Shown piece by piece: positions 26,956 to 35,015 of a stretch of 64,000 nt of DNA. Where the stretch lies: NCBI GenBank assembly GCA_003056285.1, contig NDWU01000003.1:5522-69521 (forward strand), in the 5' to 3' direction. A model generated the notes under the pieces. It searched no databases. It was not told the DNA's origin and worked only from the letters and a program-made list of their open reading frames with translations. Numbering within the stretch: position 1 is the stretch's first letter; each line of letters starts with the position of its first letter. Source of the DNA: Candidatus Terraquivivens tikiterensis. Its GTDB lineage: Archaea; Thermoproteota; Nitrososphaeria_A; Caldarchaeales; Wolframiiraptoraceae. A program made the position numbers and the translations under genes.

Positions 26956-27519
26956 ATGGTTAAGTTGAGGTACGGTAGCGGCGACGACGGTACTACTGAA
27001 CTCTTGGGAGGCGTTAGGGTTCCAAAGGACGACCCTAGAGTAGAGGCGCTGGGAGCGCTGGATGAGGTGAATTCCATCATAGGCCTTGCCAGGGCTGTGA
27101 CCGGATACCAAGATATAAAAGATGCGTTACTACGGATACAAAGGTCGCTGTACCTCGTGTGCGTCGAGATAGCATCTACTGGAACGCCGGCATACAAACG
27201 GACTGTCAACGAAGACATGTTGAGGGAGCTTGAAGGTTTTATCGAGCGCTACGAGCCCGAGGTGCGTGCAACCTCAGAGTTCATAATACCATACGGGGCA
27301 ATAAGCAGCACAATCCTACACGTAGCCAGGACCATCGCCCGTAAAGCCGAAAGAAGGGTTGTATCGTTGAAAGCACGATTCGATGTAAACGACGTCCTCC
27401 TTGCCTACCTAAACAGGCTTTCGACGTTCCTGTTCATCTTATCCAGGGTTGTGAATGCCAGGGGGTACGTTGAGGAGGAAGTGGTGAGAATGAAGGACGT
27501 ACTAGACCGGAAGCCTTAG
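26956..27519 (+). CDS. ATP:cob(I)alamin adenosyltransferase, PduO type
   Basis: GSGDDGTTELLGG...DPRVEALGALDEVNSIIGLAR and the C-terminal helical bundle typical of PduO/MMAB. Confidence 0.85.
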   Translation: MVKLRYGSGDDGTTELLGGVRVPKDDPRVEALGALDEVNSIIGLARAVTGYQDIKDALLRIQRSLYLVCVEIASTGTPAYKRTVNEDMLRELEGFIERYEPEVRATSEFIIPYGAISSTILHVARTIARKAERRVVSLKARFDVNDVLLAYLNRLSTFLFILSRVVNARGYVEEEVVRMKDVLDRKP

Positions 27520-28220
27520 CGTTGTCCGGGCTGCGCGTATTTGCTCGCCTCCTTTTCCAGCATATCGACTAGCAGCAACGCTACCATCCCAAGCTCGCGG
27601 GCTGGGAGGAACCTATCGGAATTCATGCTGAACGAAACGTTGGCGACCGCCGGAACGTAATCCTGTTTCTCGGCCGCCCAGAGCTGGCATAGGATTCGAA
27701 CCCTCGGGAGGACTGAGAAGGAGAAGCTCACGCCTCCTAGCTTCTCCTTTTTTCCACCCAGTACCTTGCACGCGTATTCGTACACCTCAACGGCGTTGCC
27801 GAATCTATTTGCCAACCGTCTCAAAACAAAGTCCTCAAACTCCTTCACGTAGGGTGCAGCACCAACGACGTCCCTGTAGTTCACCCAACCTGTTCCTAGC
27901 GGCGTTCCATCGCCTGTTATAAGGTATTTAACTATTATGTACTGAACGTTCTTGGGTGCGGGCTTATCCGTCAGCAGGTCCACGACGCATTCTTCTGAAA
28001 GCTCTACGGAGTATGTTCTGTTGAATACGGTTATTATGAACCTACCCTTGACGCCCTGTTCACGGGACGGTATGTATGCAACGGAGCACTTCTTGGCAAC
28101 ATCATCAAGGTTTCTTTGGGAAAGTTCTGCGAACGCCTTCTTAGTTTCGGCAACCATTAGCTCATCGGGCAGCCTGATCGTCTGGTACCTAGACATCCCA
28201 AGCCGCAATCCAAATTTCAC
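27516..28220 (-). CDS. hypothetical protein (DUF3786-like?)
   Basis: 234 aa, soluble, no catalytic motif recognised. The family assignment is from memory only. Converges on the PduO gene with a 4-nt overlap. Confidence 0.55.
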   Translation of the reverse strand: MKFGLRLGMSRYQTIRLPDELMVAETKKAFAELSQRNLDDVAKKCSVAYIPSREQGVKGRFIITVFNRTYSVELSEECVVDLLTDKPAPKNVQYIIVKYLITGDGTPLGTGWVNYRDVVGAAPYVKEFEDFVLRRLANRFGNAVEVYEYACKVLGGKKEKLGGVSFSFSVLPRVRILCQLWAAEKQDYVPAVANVSFSMNSDRFLPARELGMVALLLVDMLEKEASKYAQPGQR

Positions 28221-28323
28221 TCCTATTTCTATATGAATCTTGCCTCTTACCGTTCAGAGCGCTTGAGGAAAAGGTTTAAGGGATGAAATCCACGCTATAC
28301 TGTGGTGCTGACTGTTGGTGCGC

Positions 28324-29148
28324 ATGGTTCAACATAAGCAAACGACTTTTGAGATAATCAGCGTGGGAAACGAGTTGCTGATAGGAAAGGTCGTAAACAC
28401 GAACGCGAGCTGGTTGGCTAAGAGAATTACGGAGATGGGCGGGTTCGTAAGGAGGATAACGGACGTTAGGGACGATTTATCGGAGATATCTTCTGCCGTG
28501 AAGGAGGCCCTGAGAAGGGGTACCGAGTGGATAATAACTAGCGGCGGTCTTGGACCGACTTTCGATGATATGACGCTGAACGGTGTTGCCAAGGCTATAA
28601 AGAGGTCGTTGAAGTTAAACAGGCAAGCTTACCAGATGATATTGGAAAAGTACAAGGAGATGTTCGAGCGGGGCATCCTCAAAAGCCTAGAAATAACGCC
28701 AGAGCGGAGGAAGATGGCCGAGCTTCCTGCTGGAGCCGTTCCTCTACGCAACAGGGTGGGTACGGCGCCGGGCGTTCTTATAAAGTTTGGCCGTCAAAGG
28801 ATAGCGTGCTTACCGGGTGTCCCTGCTGAGCTGATGGATATTTTTGAGAACGAGCTTTCGCCGATCATACGAAAGTCGATAAAGCAGGTACGCGTAGTGG
28901 AGGCGACTGTGATCGCGAGGGGCGTGGTGGAGTCCGCGCTAGCCCCAGCAATAAAGGATGTTATGTCAAAATACCCTTCTGTCTACATAAAGTCCCACCC
29001 GAAGGGTAGAGAGTCCGGTGTATCCATAATCGAGCTCCACCTCACGGCAACAACTCCGTCGCAGGAGAAGGTCGAGGAAGAAGTAGGACGGGCCGTGCAG
29101 GAGTTAAAGGAAAAGATAGCAGCGTTAGGTGGAACGGCTGAGCAATGA
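28324..29148 (+). CDS. CinA-like / MoCF-biosynthesis (MoaB-Mog fold) domain protein
   Basis: FEIISVGNELLIGKVVNTNASWLAKR...ITSGGLGPTFDDMT...PGVPAEL, typical of the CinA N-terminal domain. Confidence 0.8.
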   Translation: MVQHKQTTFEIISVGNELLIGKVVNTNASWLAKRITEMGGFVRRITDVRDDLSEISSAVKEALRRGTEWIITSGGLGPTFDDMTLNGVAKAIKRSLKLNRQAYQMILEKYKEMFERGILKSLEITPERRKMAELPAGAVPLRNRVGTAPGVLIKFGRQRIACLPGVPAELMDIFENELSPIIRKSIKQVRVVEATVIARGVVESALAPAIKDVMSKYPSVYIKSHPKGRESGVSIIELHLTATTPSQEKVEEEVGRAVQELKEKIAALGGTAEQ

Positions 29149-30260
29149 GGCTGGACGTTCCTGAACCGTATGAAAGGCCTGAGGTGAGGTCGCTCCTAAC
29201 CCAACTTAGGATGGAGCTGGACGGCTTCCTAGAGGGTATGAAGTCTGCCGAGGACGAACCGCTCAGGCTACGCCGTGACGTCAGATCAGTACTGTTCCTG
29301 GGGGTTGGAGGCTCCGGTATAGTCGGAGACCTCGTGTCGGACATCACGGCAAAAAGGAGGGGTTTGCCGATTCTGTGCCATAGGGATTATTCCATCCCTC
29401 CTTATTCGAGGAAGGACTCGCTGGTGGTTGCGGTCAGCTACTCGGGGAATACAGCCGAGACGCTCTCGGCAATGGCTGAGGCCTATGAGGCAAACTTGCC
29501 AATTTTTGCCATAACTTCTGGCGGGTTGATGAAAAACGTCTGTAAAAAGCTGGGCATACCGATGGCGGAGGTTAAGGCCGGGCTATTACCCCGGATGGCC
29601 GTCCCCCACATGCTAGGCGCTGCCTTATCTGCTCTGGTGAACGCTGGGCTCGTAAATATAACACAGGAAGAGCTTAAGGGCGCGGTTGAGGAGGCAAAGC
29701 GGGTCCAAGAGTCTGTGGAGGTTTACGTACCTTCAGAGTCTAACGTGGCGAAGCGCACGGCAAACTCCATATACGACAAGGTAGTGTTCATCTACTCTCA
29801 TGGGTGCCTCTCTTCCGTTGGTTACCGTCTAAAATGTCAGCTGAACGAGAACTCTAAGATTTTAGCGGTGAGCCAATGCTTACCGGAAGCTTTGCACAAC
29901 GACATAGAGGGTTGGGATCCGGCCATGGTTAATTGCCTGTCGGTCGTCACGCTTAGGTGTAAAGGCGAGCACCCAGCTGTAGAGGAAGCGATGGATAGGA
30001 TGGAAAGCATGCTGGCGGGTCGTTTTGGCGTTAAGGTGTCAAAGATAGTGATCCAGGGGAGTGACGACATCGCTAACATCCTTTCAGCTATGGTTATATG
30101 CGACTACGTAAGCCTCTACGCAGCAATCCTGAGGGGTGTGGACCCAATAAGCGTCGAGAGAATAAGGTCGATGAGGGAGGGTATTAGGTGTAATGCAAGA
30201 TTGCTCCAGCAAGTGGTAGAAAAGTTTAAGGTCGAATTTAAGTCAACTGCCCACGGCTAA
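29145..30260 (+). CDS. bifunctional phosphoglucose/phosphomannose isomerase (SIS domains, crenarchaeal type)
   Basis: FLGVGGSGIVGDL, VVAVSYSGNTAETL, FAITSGG. ATGA overlap with the preceding gene. Confidence 0.8.
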   Translation: MRLDVPEPYERPEVRSLLTQLRMELDGFLEGMKSAEDEPLRLRRDVRSVLFLGVGGSGIVGDLVSDITAKRRGLPILCHRDYSIPPYSRKDSLVVAVSYSGNTAETLSAMAEAYEANLPIFAITSGGLMKNVCKKLGIPMAEVKAGLLPRMAVPHMLGAALSALVNAGLVNITQEELKGAVEEAKRVQESVEVYVPSESNVAKRTANSIYDKVVFIYSHGCLSSVGYRLKCQLNENSKILAVSQCLPEALHNDIEGWDPAMVNCLSVVTLRCKGEHPAVEEAMDRMESMLAGRFGVKVSKIVIQGSDDIANILSAMVICDYVSLYAAILRGVDPISVERIRSMREGIRCNARLLQQVVEKFKVEFKSTAHG

Positions 30261-30287
30261 AGCCCATGGGCTTGTAGGAGAATCAAG

Positions 30288-30806
30288 ATGATCGGCCCCA
30301 TACCGATTAAGAAAAGGCTAATGCTGGTAGCGGCCACGACGCTCGGGCTTATCTTGGTACTCCTTTTTGGATCCTTAACGACATTAAGCCCTGGGGAGAG
30401 CGAAGAAATAATCCGGCAGGTTAGCGAGCTCTTTCGAGATATAAACGCTTGGAAAATTTTCTTTAACAATTTTCAGATAGCTTTGCTGATGTTTATCCCT
30501 GCCCTTGGTATGTTATTCGGTGGGTACGCCATCTACTCGACTGGGCTAGTATTTGCGGCCTACTCTGTCCAATCGAACATACCATCGACGTACCTAGTCG
30601 GGGTTGCTGTGCTTTCACCATACGGTATACTAGAATTCTTGGGCTACGGGCTGGCCACGTCGGAGGGTGTTCTGATAATCTACTCGGCCATTAAGAGAAA
30701 GCTAAGGTCTGAGGTAAAAGCCCTCCCTTTCATAGTTTTAGCGGTAGCCGGGCTATTGATGGTGGCGGCCGCCCTGGAGATGCTGACGATAGAACTCTAT
30801 GCCTAA
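30288..30806 (+). CDS. SpoIIM/DUF95-family membrane protein
   Basis: FFNNFQIALLMFIPALGMLFGG...GILEFLGYGLATSEG pattern with 4-5 TM helices. Confidence 0.65.
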   Translation: MIGPIPIKKRLMLVAATTLGLILVLLFGSLTTLSPGESEEIIRQVSELFRDINAWKIFFNNFQIALLMFIPALGMLFGGYAIYSTGLVFAAYSVQSNIPSTYLVGVAVLSPYGILEFLGYGLATSEGVLIIYSAIKRKLRSEVKALPFIVLAVAGLLMVAAALEMLTIELYA

Positions 30807-30822
30807 ACGTCGTATTCAACGG

Positions 30823-30852
30823 TTTCATACGTTGACATGTCAACGTATGAAA
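30823..30852. repeat. 30-nt perfect palindrome
   Basis: TTTCATACGTTGACA|TGTCAACGTATGAAA, 17 nt after the SpoIIM-like stop. The centre TTGACA/TGTCAA equals the MITE right-end motif. Confidence 0.9.
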
Positions 30853-30991
30853 GGGCGGCCTAACAACTGTAGGGGCCTCGTGGCGGCCTTAAACCCTGGA
30901 CAGGGTCGGCCTCCCAGAGATTCCTGTGAAAGCCGATCGGTGTGGGAGCCCTAAGCATCGATAGCGACCCGCTACCTATTCTCCACCCAAT

Positions 30992-31711
30992 TCAGAACCC
31001 GAACAGTTTGTGTAGCATGAGGCCGAAAATGTCTCCGTAGAATATCGAGACAGCGAAGCCGCCGGTTATGAATACAAGCAACGGTATGCCTGGTGTAAGC
31101 CATGCCCTATCCCTGTCGACATGTAGCTCGACGTCTACGAATACGTTGAACGTAAGCCTACGCTTACCGTCCAAAACGCTTTCCATCGGCATCCAGAATT
31201 TTTTCCTCTTTGCATCATCGCAAAGCGTACCGAGGAAGCACGCCAAGGCCTTCCTCAGAGCAGGCTCGTGTTCAAGACCTTCGAATATCTTTTCACCCCT
31301 GAGTATTCGTAGAAGGTTGTAGACCAAGAGGGATATCGGCAAAGCTACGGATATCAGCAAGCCATTCATGAAGGAGTGGAGCGCAGTAAAGGGGTGGATG
31401 GCCCCGGCCGGCCTGTATACCGGCATCAGCACGGATATCACCGTCAAAGCCTTCGCATCCGCTCCACCGTAAAGTTTGGCATAGTACAGGCCAAATGCTA
31501 TACCCGTGCTCAGACCGATAGAAATTAAACCTAAAAAAGTATAATCGCGCAGTCCCGCCATCGTGAAGTCGTATGCCGTTATGACAGCACCGACGGAGCC
31601 GAAAACTGCCCATAATTTATCGCTAACCTCCCTGAACCTCAAATCGCTGTAGGATGCGTAACACATCATCGCAAGTACTAGGGCAATCCTAAGGGGCTCC
31701 AACGCTTGCAT
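30992..31711 (-). CDS. A24-family prepilin/preflagellin peptidase (PibD/FlaK-like)
   Basis: Polytopic membrane protein with the two catalytic Asp contexts YSDLRFREVSD and GGADAKAL. Confidence 0.8.
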   Translation of the reverse strand: MQALEPLRIALVLAMMCYASYSDLRFREVSDKLWAVFGSVGAVITAYDFTMAGLRDYTFLGLISIGLSTGIAFGLYYAKLYGGADAKALTVISVLMPVYRPAGAIHPFTALHSFMNGLLISVALPISLLVYNLLRILRGEKIFEGLEHEPALRKALACFLGTLCDDAKRKKFWMPMESVLDGKRRLTFNVFVDVELHVDRDRAWLTPGIPLLVFITGGFAVSIFYGDIFGLMLHKLFGF

Positions 31712-31806
31712 GATTCTACCTTATCACCACCGTCCAGAAAAACCACGCCTTTTTATGGTTTAGATGAACGGCAATTTTAAATTTATTTTCGGCTGGGAAC
31801 GTTTAC

Positions 31807-31932
31807 CAAACGAAGGGAAAGCGGAGCCCATGCTATGGCTGAGCCGTGAGCCCCATGAACCGGCAGACGTGTCTGAGGGGCGTAAAGCCTCAGCGAACGC
31901 TGGAAGCCACGGCCTTCGGCATGGGTAGCCAA
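31807..31932 (+). mobile_element. IS200/IS605-derived MITE, copy F
   Basis: TTAC|CAAACGAAGGGAAAGCGG...GCCACGGCCTTCGGCATGGGTAGCCAA. It abuts the gdh stop codon. Confidence 0.45.
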
Positions 31933-31933
31933 C

Positions 31934-33184
31934 TTAAGGCCAGCTACCTAAAGCCTCTACCGCTTCGGCAACCCTTTTTACCGCAACGATCATGGCTGCC
32001 TGCCTTGCGCTCACGCCATACTCTTCGGCTGACCTCATAACGTCCTCGAACGACCTCACCATCTTCCCCTCTAAGTTCGTCCTAACATCCTCGATGGACC
32101 ATTTGGTGCGCGTAAGGTTTTGGACCCACTCGAAGTAGCTGACGGTTACGCCACCGGCGTTAGCCAGTATGTCCGGTACGACGAGCGTCCCCTTCTCGAA
32201 CAAAACCCTGTCAGCCTCAGGCGTCGTCGGTCCGTTGGCCGCCTCTACCACGGCCAACGCCTTAATCCTGTCTGCGTTCCTTTCTGTTATCTGGTTCTCT
32301 AGGGCCGCTGGTATTAGGAAATCACACTCGAGCTCCAGAAGCTCATCGTTCGTTATGTTCTCAGCTTTTTCGTAGTTTATGACGGAGCCCGTCCTCCTCT
32401 TGTGCTCCAGCACCTTTTCGACCTCGAGCCCTTCCTTAGAGTATATGCCACCCTTTGAGTCGCTTACTGCTATAATCCTGCACCCCATCTGCTGAAGGAA
32501 CCATGCCGATGCGTATCCTGCGTTCCCGAACCCCTGCACCACAATCCTGGCGTCCTTTAGCGGCCTCTTCAAGCGTTTGCTGGCCTCCCTCGTTACTATG
32601 GCGACACCCATTCCCGTAGCCTCGTTTCTACCCTCGCTTCCGCCTAAGCTAATGGGCTTACCCGTCACGACGGCGGGCGTCGGCTCATTCTTAACTTTGC
32701 TGTACGTGTCCATCACCCAGGCCATGGTCTGGGCGTCCGTGTAGACATCGGGGGCGGGTATGTCCAGATAGGGGCCTATGATGCTAGATATCGCCATCGT
32801 ATACTTCCTCGTAAGCCTTTCGAGCTCGGCCTGGCTCATGCCCTTTGGGTCGCATGCTATCCCTCCCTTTGCGCCACCGAACGGTATGTCCATCACGGCA
32901 CACTTCCACGTCATCAGCATGGCCAGCGCCGTGACCTCCTCGAGGGTTATGTTCGGATGATACCTTATACCTCCCTTGTACGGCCCCCTTGCAGAGTTGT
33001 GCTGGACCCTGTATCCTGTGAAGACCTTAAGCTCACCGTTATCCATCCTACAGGGCAAGGAGACTATGACGGAGCGCTCGGGCCTCCTCAGGACTTCGGA
33101 TAAATCTTGGCTTATGCCTAGCGTCTGCGCCGCACTCTCAAACTGCCTCATCACGTACGAGAGGAAGAGCGTGTTTGACGTCAT
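31934..33184 (-). CDS. gdhA: glutamate dehydrogenase
   Basis: RGPYKGGIRYHP, TWKCAVMDIPFGGAKGGI, GFGNAGY Rossmann motif; 416 aa. Confidence 0.9.
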   Translation of the reverse strand: MTSNTLFLSYVMRQFESAAQTLGISQDLSEVLRRPERSVIVSLPCRMDNGELKVFTGYRVQHNSARGPYKGGIRYHPNITLEEVTALAMLMTWKCAVMDIPFGGAKGGIACDPKGMSQAELERLTRKYTMAISSIIGPYLDIPAPDVYTDAQTMAWVMDTYSKVKNEPTPAVVTGKPISLGGSEGRNEATGMGVAIVTREASKRLKRPLKDARIVVQGFGNAGYASAWFLQQMGCRIIAVSDSKGGIYSKEGLEVEKVLEHKRRTGSVINYEKAENITNDELLELECDFLIPAALENQITERNADRIKALAVVEAANGPTTPEADRVLFEKGTLVVPDILANAGGVTVSYFEWVQNLTRTKWSIEDVRTNLEGKMVRSFEDVMRSAEEYGVSARQAAMIVAVKRVAEAVEALGSWP

Positions 33185-33326
33185 CTTAGGGAAAAGAGGG
33201 GGAGGTTTTCGAAATAAATATTTTTCGCCAAAATTTTTTGCTAAATACTACGTTTTGCAAACCTATCGAGCATTATAGATGCTTCTCTAACTCGCGGTAA
33301 GACCCCATCCTTCGGGCGCGGGTAGC

Positions 33327-34577
33327 TCACAGACCCTCCATCCTCCACGCATACTCTTCTAGCTCTTCGCGGGCGTAAGCCTCCCTGGCCACGTCTATGG
33401 CACCATCCCTTAGGAGCATGGCCTTTTTTACCCTTCTCTTGGCTACCTCTTCGGCAACGCTCCTGGGCGAGCGGTTTGAATGGGCAGACTCGATCAGGAC
33501 CCTCTTCACGTTCGTCGTTATCTTGTACTTAATCAGCTCAAACGCCTGCACCTCGGTCCCGCCTATGTACTCGACGTAAGAACCTATTAGGCCGCCAGCG
33601 TTGACGAGGAAGTCGGGCATTACCCATATGCCGTTTTGCTGCAGTATACTTTCCGCTTCTTTCGTCGTCGGTATGTTCGCAGCCTCGACAACCATCTTCA
33701 CTTTCGATGAGATAAGGTTGTGGACTGTCTGCTCGTTTATCGTGTACGACGTTGCCGCTGGTATGAATATGTCCACTTCTTTTTCAAATATTTTCTCCCT
33801 AGGTTCCTTGTTAGGAATCTTTAAATCTTTAAGCATGGGTGCCTTCATTTTTGTCCTTAAGAGCCTTAACTCGTCCATTATCTTTGGCACGTCCAAACCA
33901 TTTGGATCGTACACGCAGGCCGAGGCGTCGCTTATAGCAACTACTTTGTACCCCATCTCGTCTAGAAACTTGGCTGTGAACGAACCCACGTTGCCGAATC
34001 CCTGTATAGCGATCTTGGCATCCTTTGCGTCTATGTTCAACAGGTTTAGCTTGTTCAGGATCTTAATGGATAGGTCGGTTGCGATGGCGACGCCGTAGCC
34101 CGTCGTACCCAGTTCGTGCGGTATGCCCCCTAGCTCCGTAGGCTTACCGGTGCAGGCCCTCATGTCGCCTATCTCGTGCGCGAAAACTGCCATATCCATC
34201 TCCGTCGTTCCCATGTCCGTGGCTCCTATGTACTGTAGCGGCACGTACGGTTTGATGGCCTTTGCGAACGCCCTGATCCATGCTACCCTGTCGACCTCTA
34301 GGGGGTCTCCCTTAATTCCCCCTTTTGCTCCGCCGAACGGTAGACCGGCCAGGGCGCACTTCCAAGTCATCGTCCTTGCGAGCAAAAAAATCTCCTGGGG
34401 CGTTACCGTCGGCTGAAACCTTATCCCGCCTTTTCCTGGACCCATGGCCGTGTTGTCGATAACCAAGACACCCTGCATCTTCGTATGCGGGTCATAGACC
34501 TGTATGACCTTTTCCGGTCCCCACTCATCAGCCAGGCTCCATACATCAACGTAGCTTCTAAAATTTAAGCCAGGCAT
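33327..34577 (-). CDS. Glu/Leu/Phe/Val dehydrogenase-family protein (divergent second GDH paralog)
   Basis: GPGKGGIRFQP, TWKCALAGLPFGGAKGGI, GFGNVGS; 416 aa. Clearly diverged from the neighbouring gdh. Confidence 0.85.
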   Translation of the reverse strand: MPGLNFRSYVDVWSLADEWGPEKVIQVYDPHTKMQGVLVIDNTAMGPGKGGIRFQPTVTPQEIFLLARTMTWKCALAGLPFGGAKGGIKGDPLEVDRVAWIRAFAKAIKPYVPLQYIGATDMGTTEMDMAVFAHEIGDMRACTGKPTELGGIPHELGTTGYGVAIATDLSIKILNKLNLLNIDAKDAKIAIQGFGNVGSFTAKFLDEMGYKVVAISDASACVYDPNGLDVPKIMDELRLLRTKMKAPMLKDLKIPNKEPREKIFEKEVDIFIPAATSYTINEQTVHNLISSKVKMVVEAANIPTTKEAESILQQNGIWVMPDFLVNAGGLIGSYVEYIGGTEVQAFELIKYKITTNVKRVLIESAHSNRSPRSVAEEVAKRRVKKAMLLRDGAIDVAREAYAREELEEYAWRMEGL

Positions 34578-35015
34578 CCTCTCACGACCTCCTACGATGC
34601 TCCGAGGCTAAGTTAAAACATCCTATCCGCTTAACCTCATGCTTCTTGCTTATTGCACACGTATCGAAAACACCTATCGGATTTTTTAAGGATGAAAAAT
34701 CTCTATACAAACCGTGAACCCTACCGCTATTTTCATCCACGTGCTTATCAATTTTTCCATCCAGCCGATGCTACCGCTTCAACGTAAGGTAGATTAAACC
34801 GTACATCTGATAGACAGCATGAAACGACGTATTTTCTCGTACATGTCGTTAAGACGTAACATACTCTATAAATATGTTAAAAATCCCAACGCCATTTTAT
34901 ATTTTTCACCGTTGCTTATCTACCGTAATATGGCCTCCTGTGACTTTGCATACGAGTATTTTTCGGCCATGTCGCAAAGAAATTTATACATGCGTGTATG
35001 AAATCTGGTTAAAAG

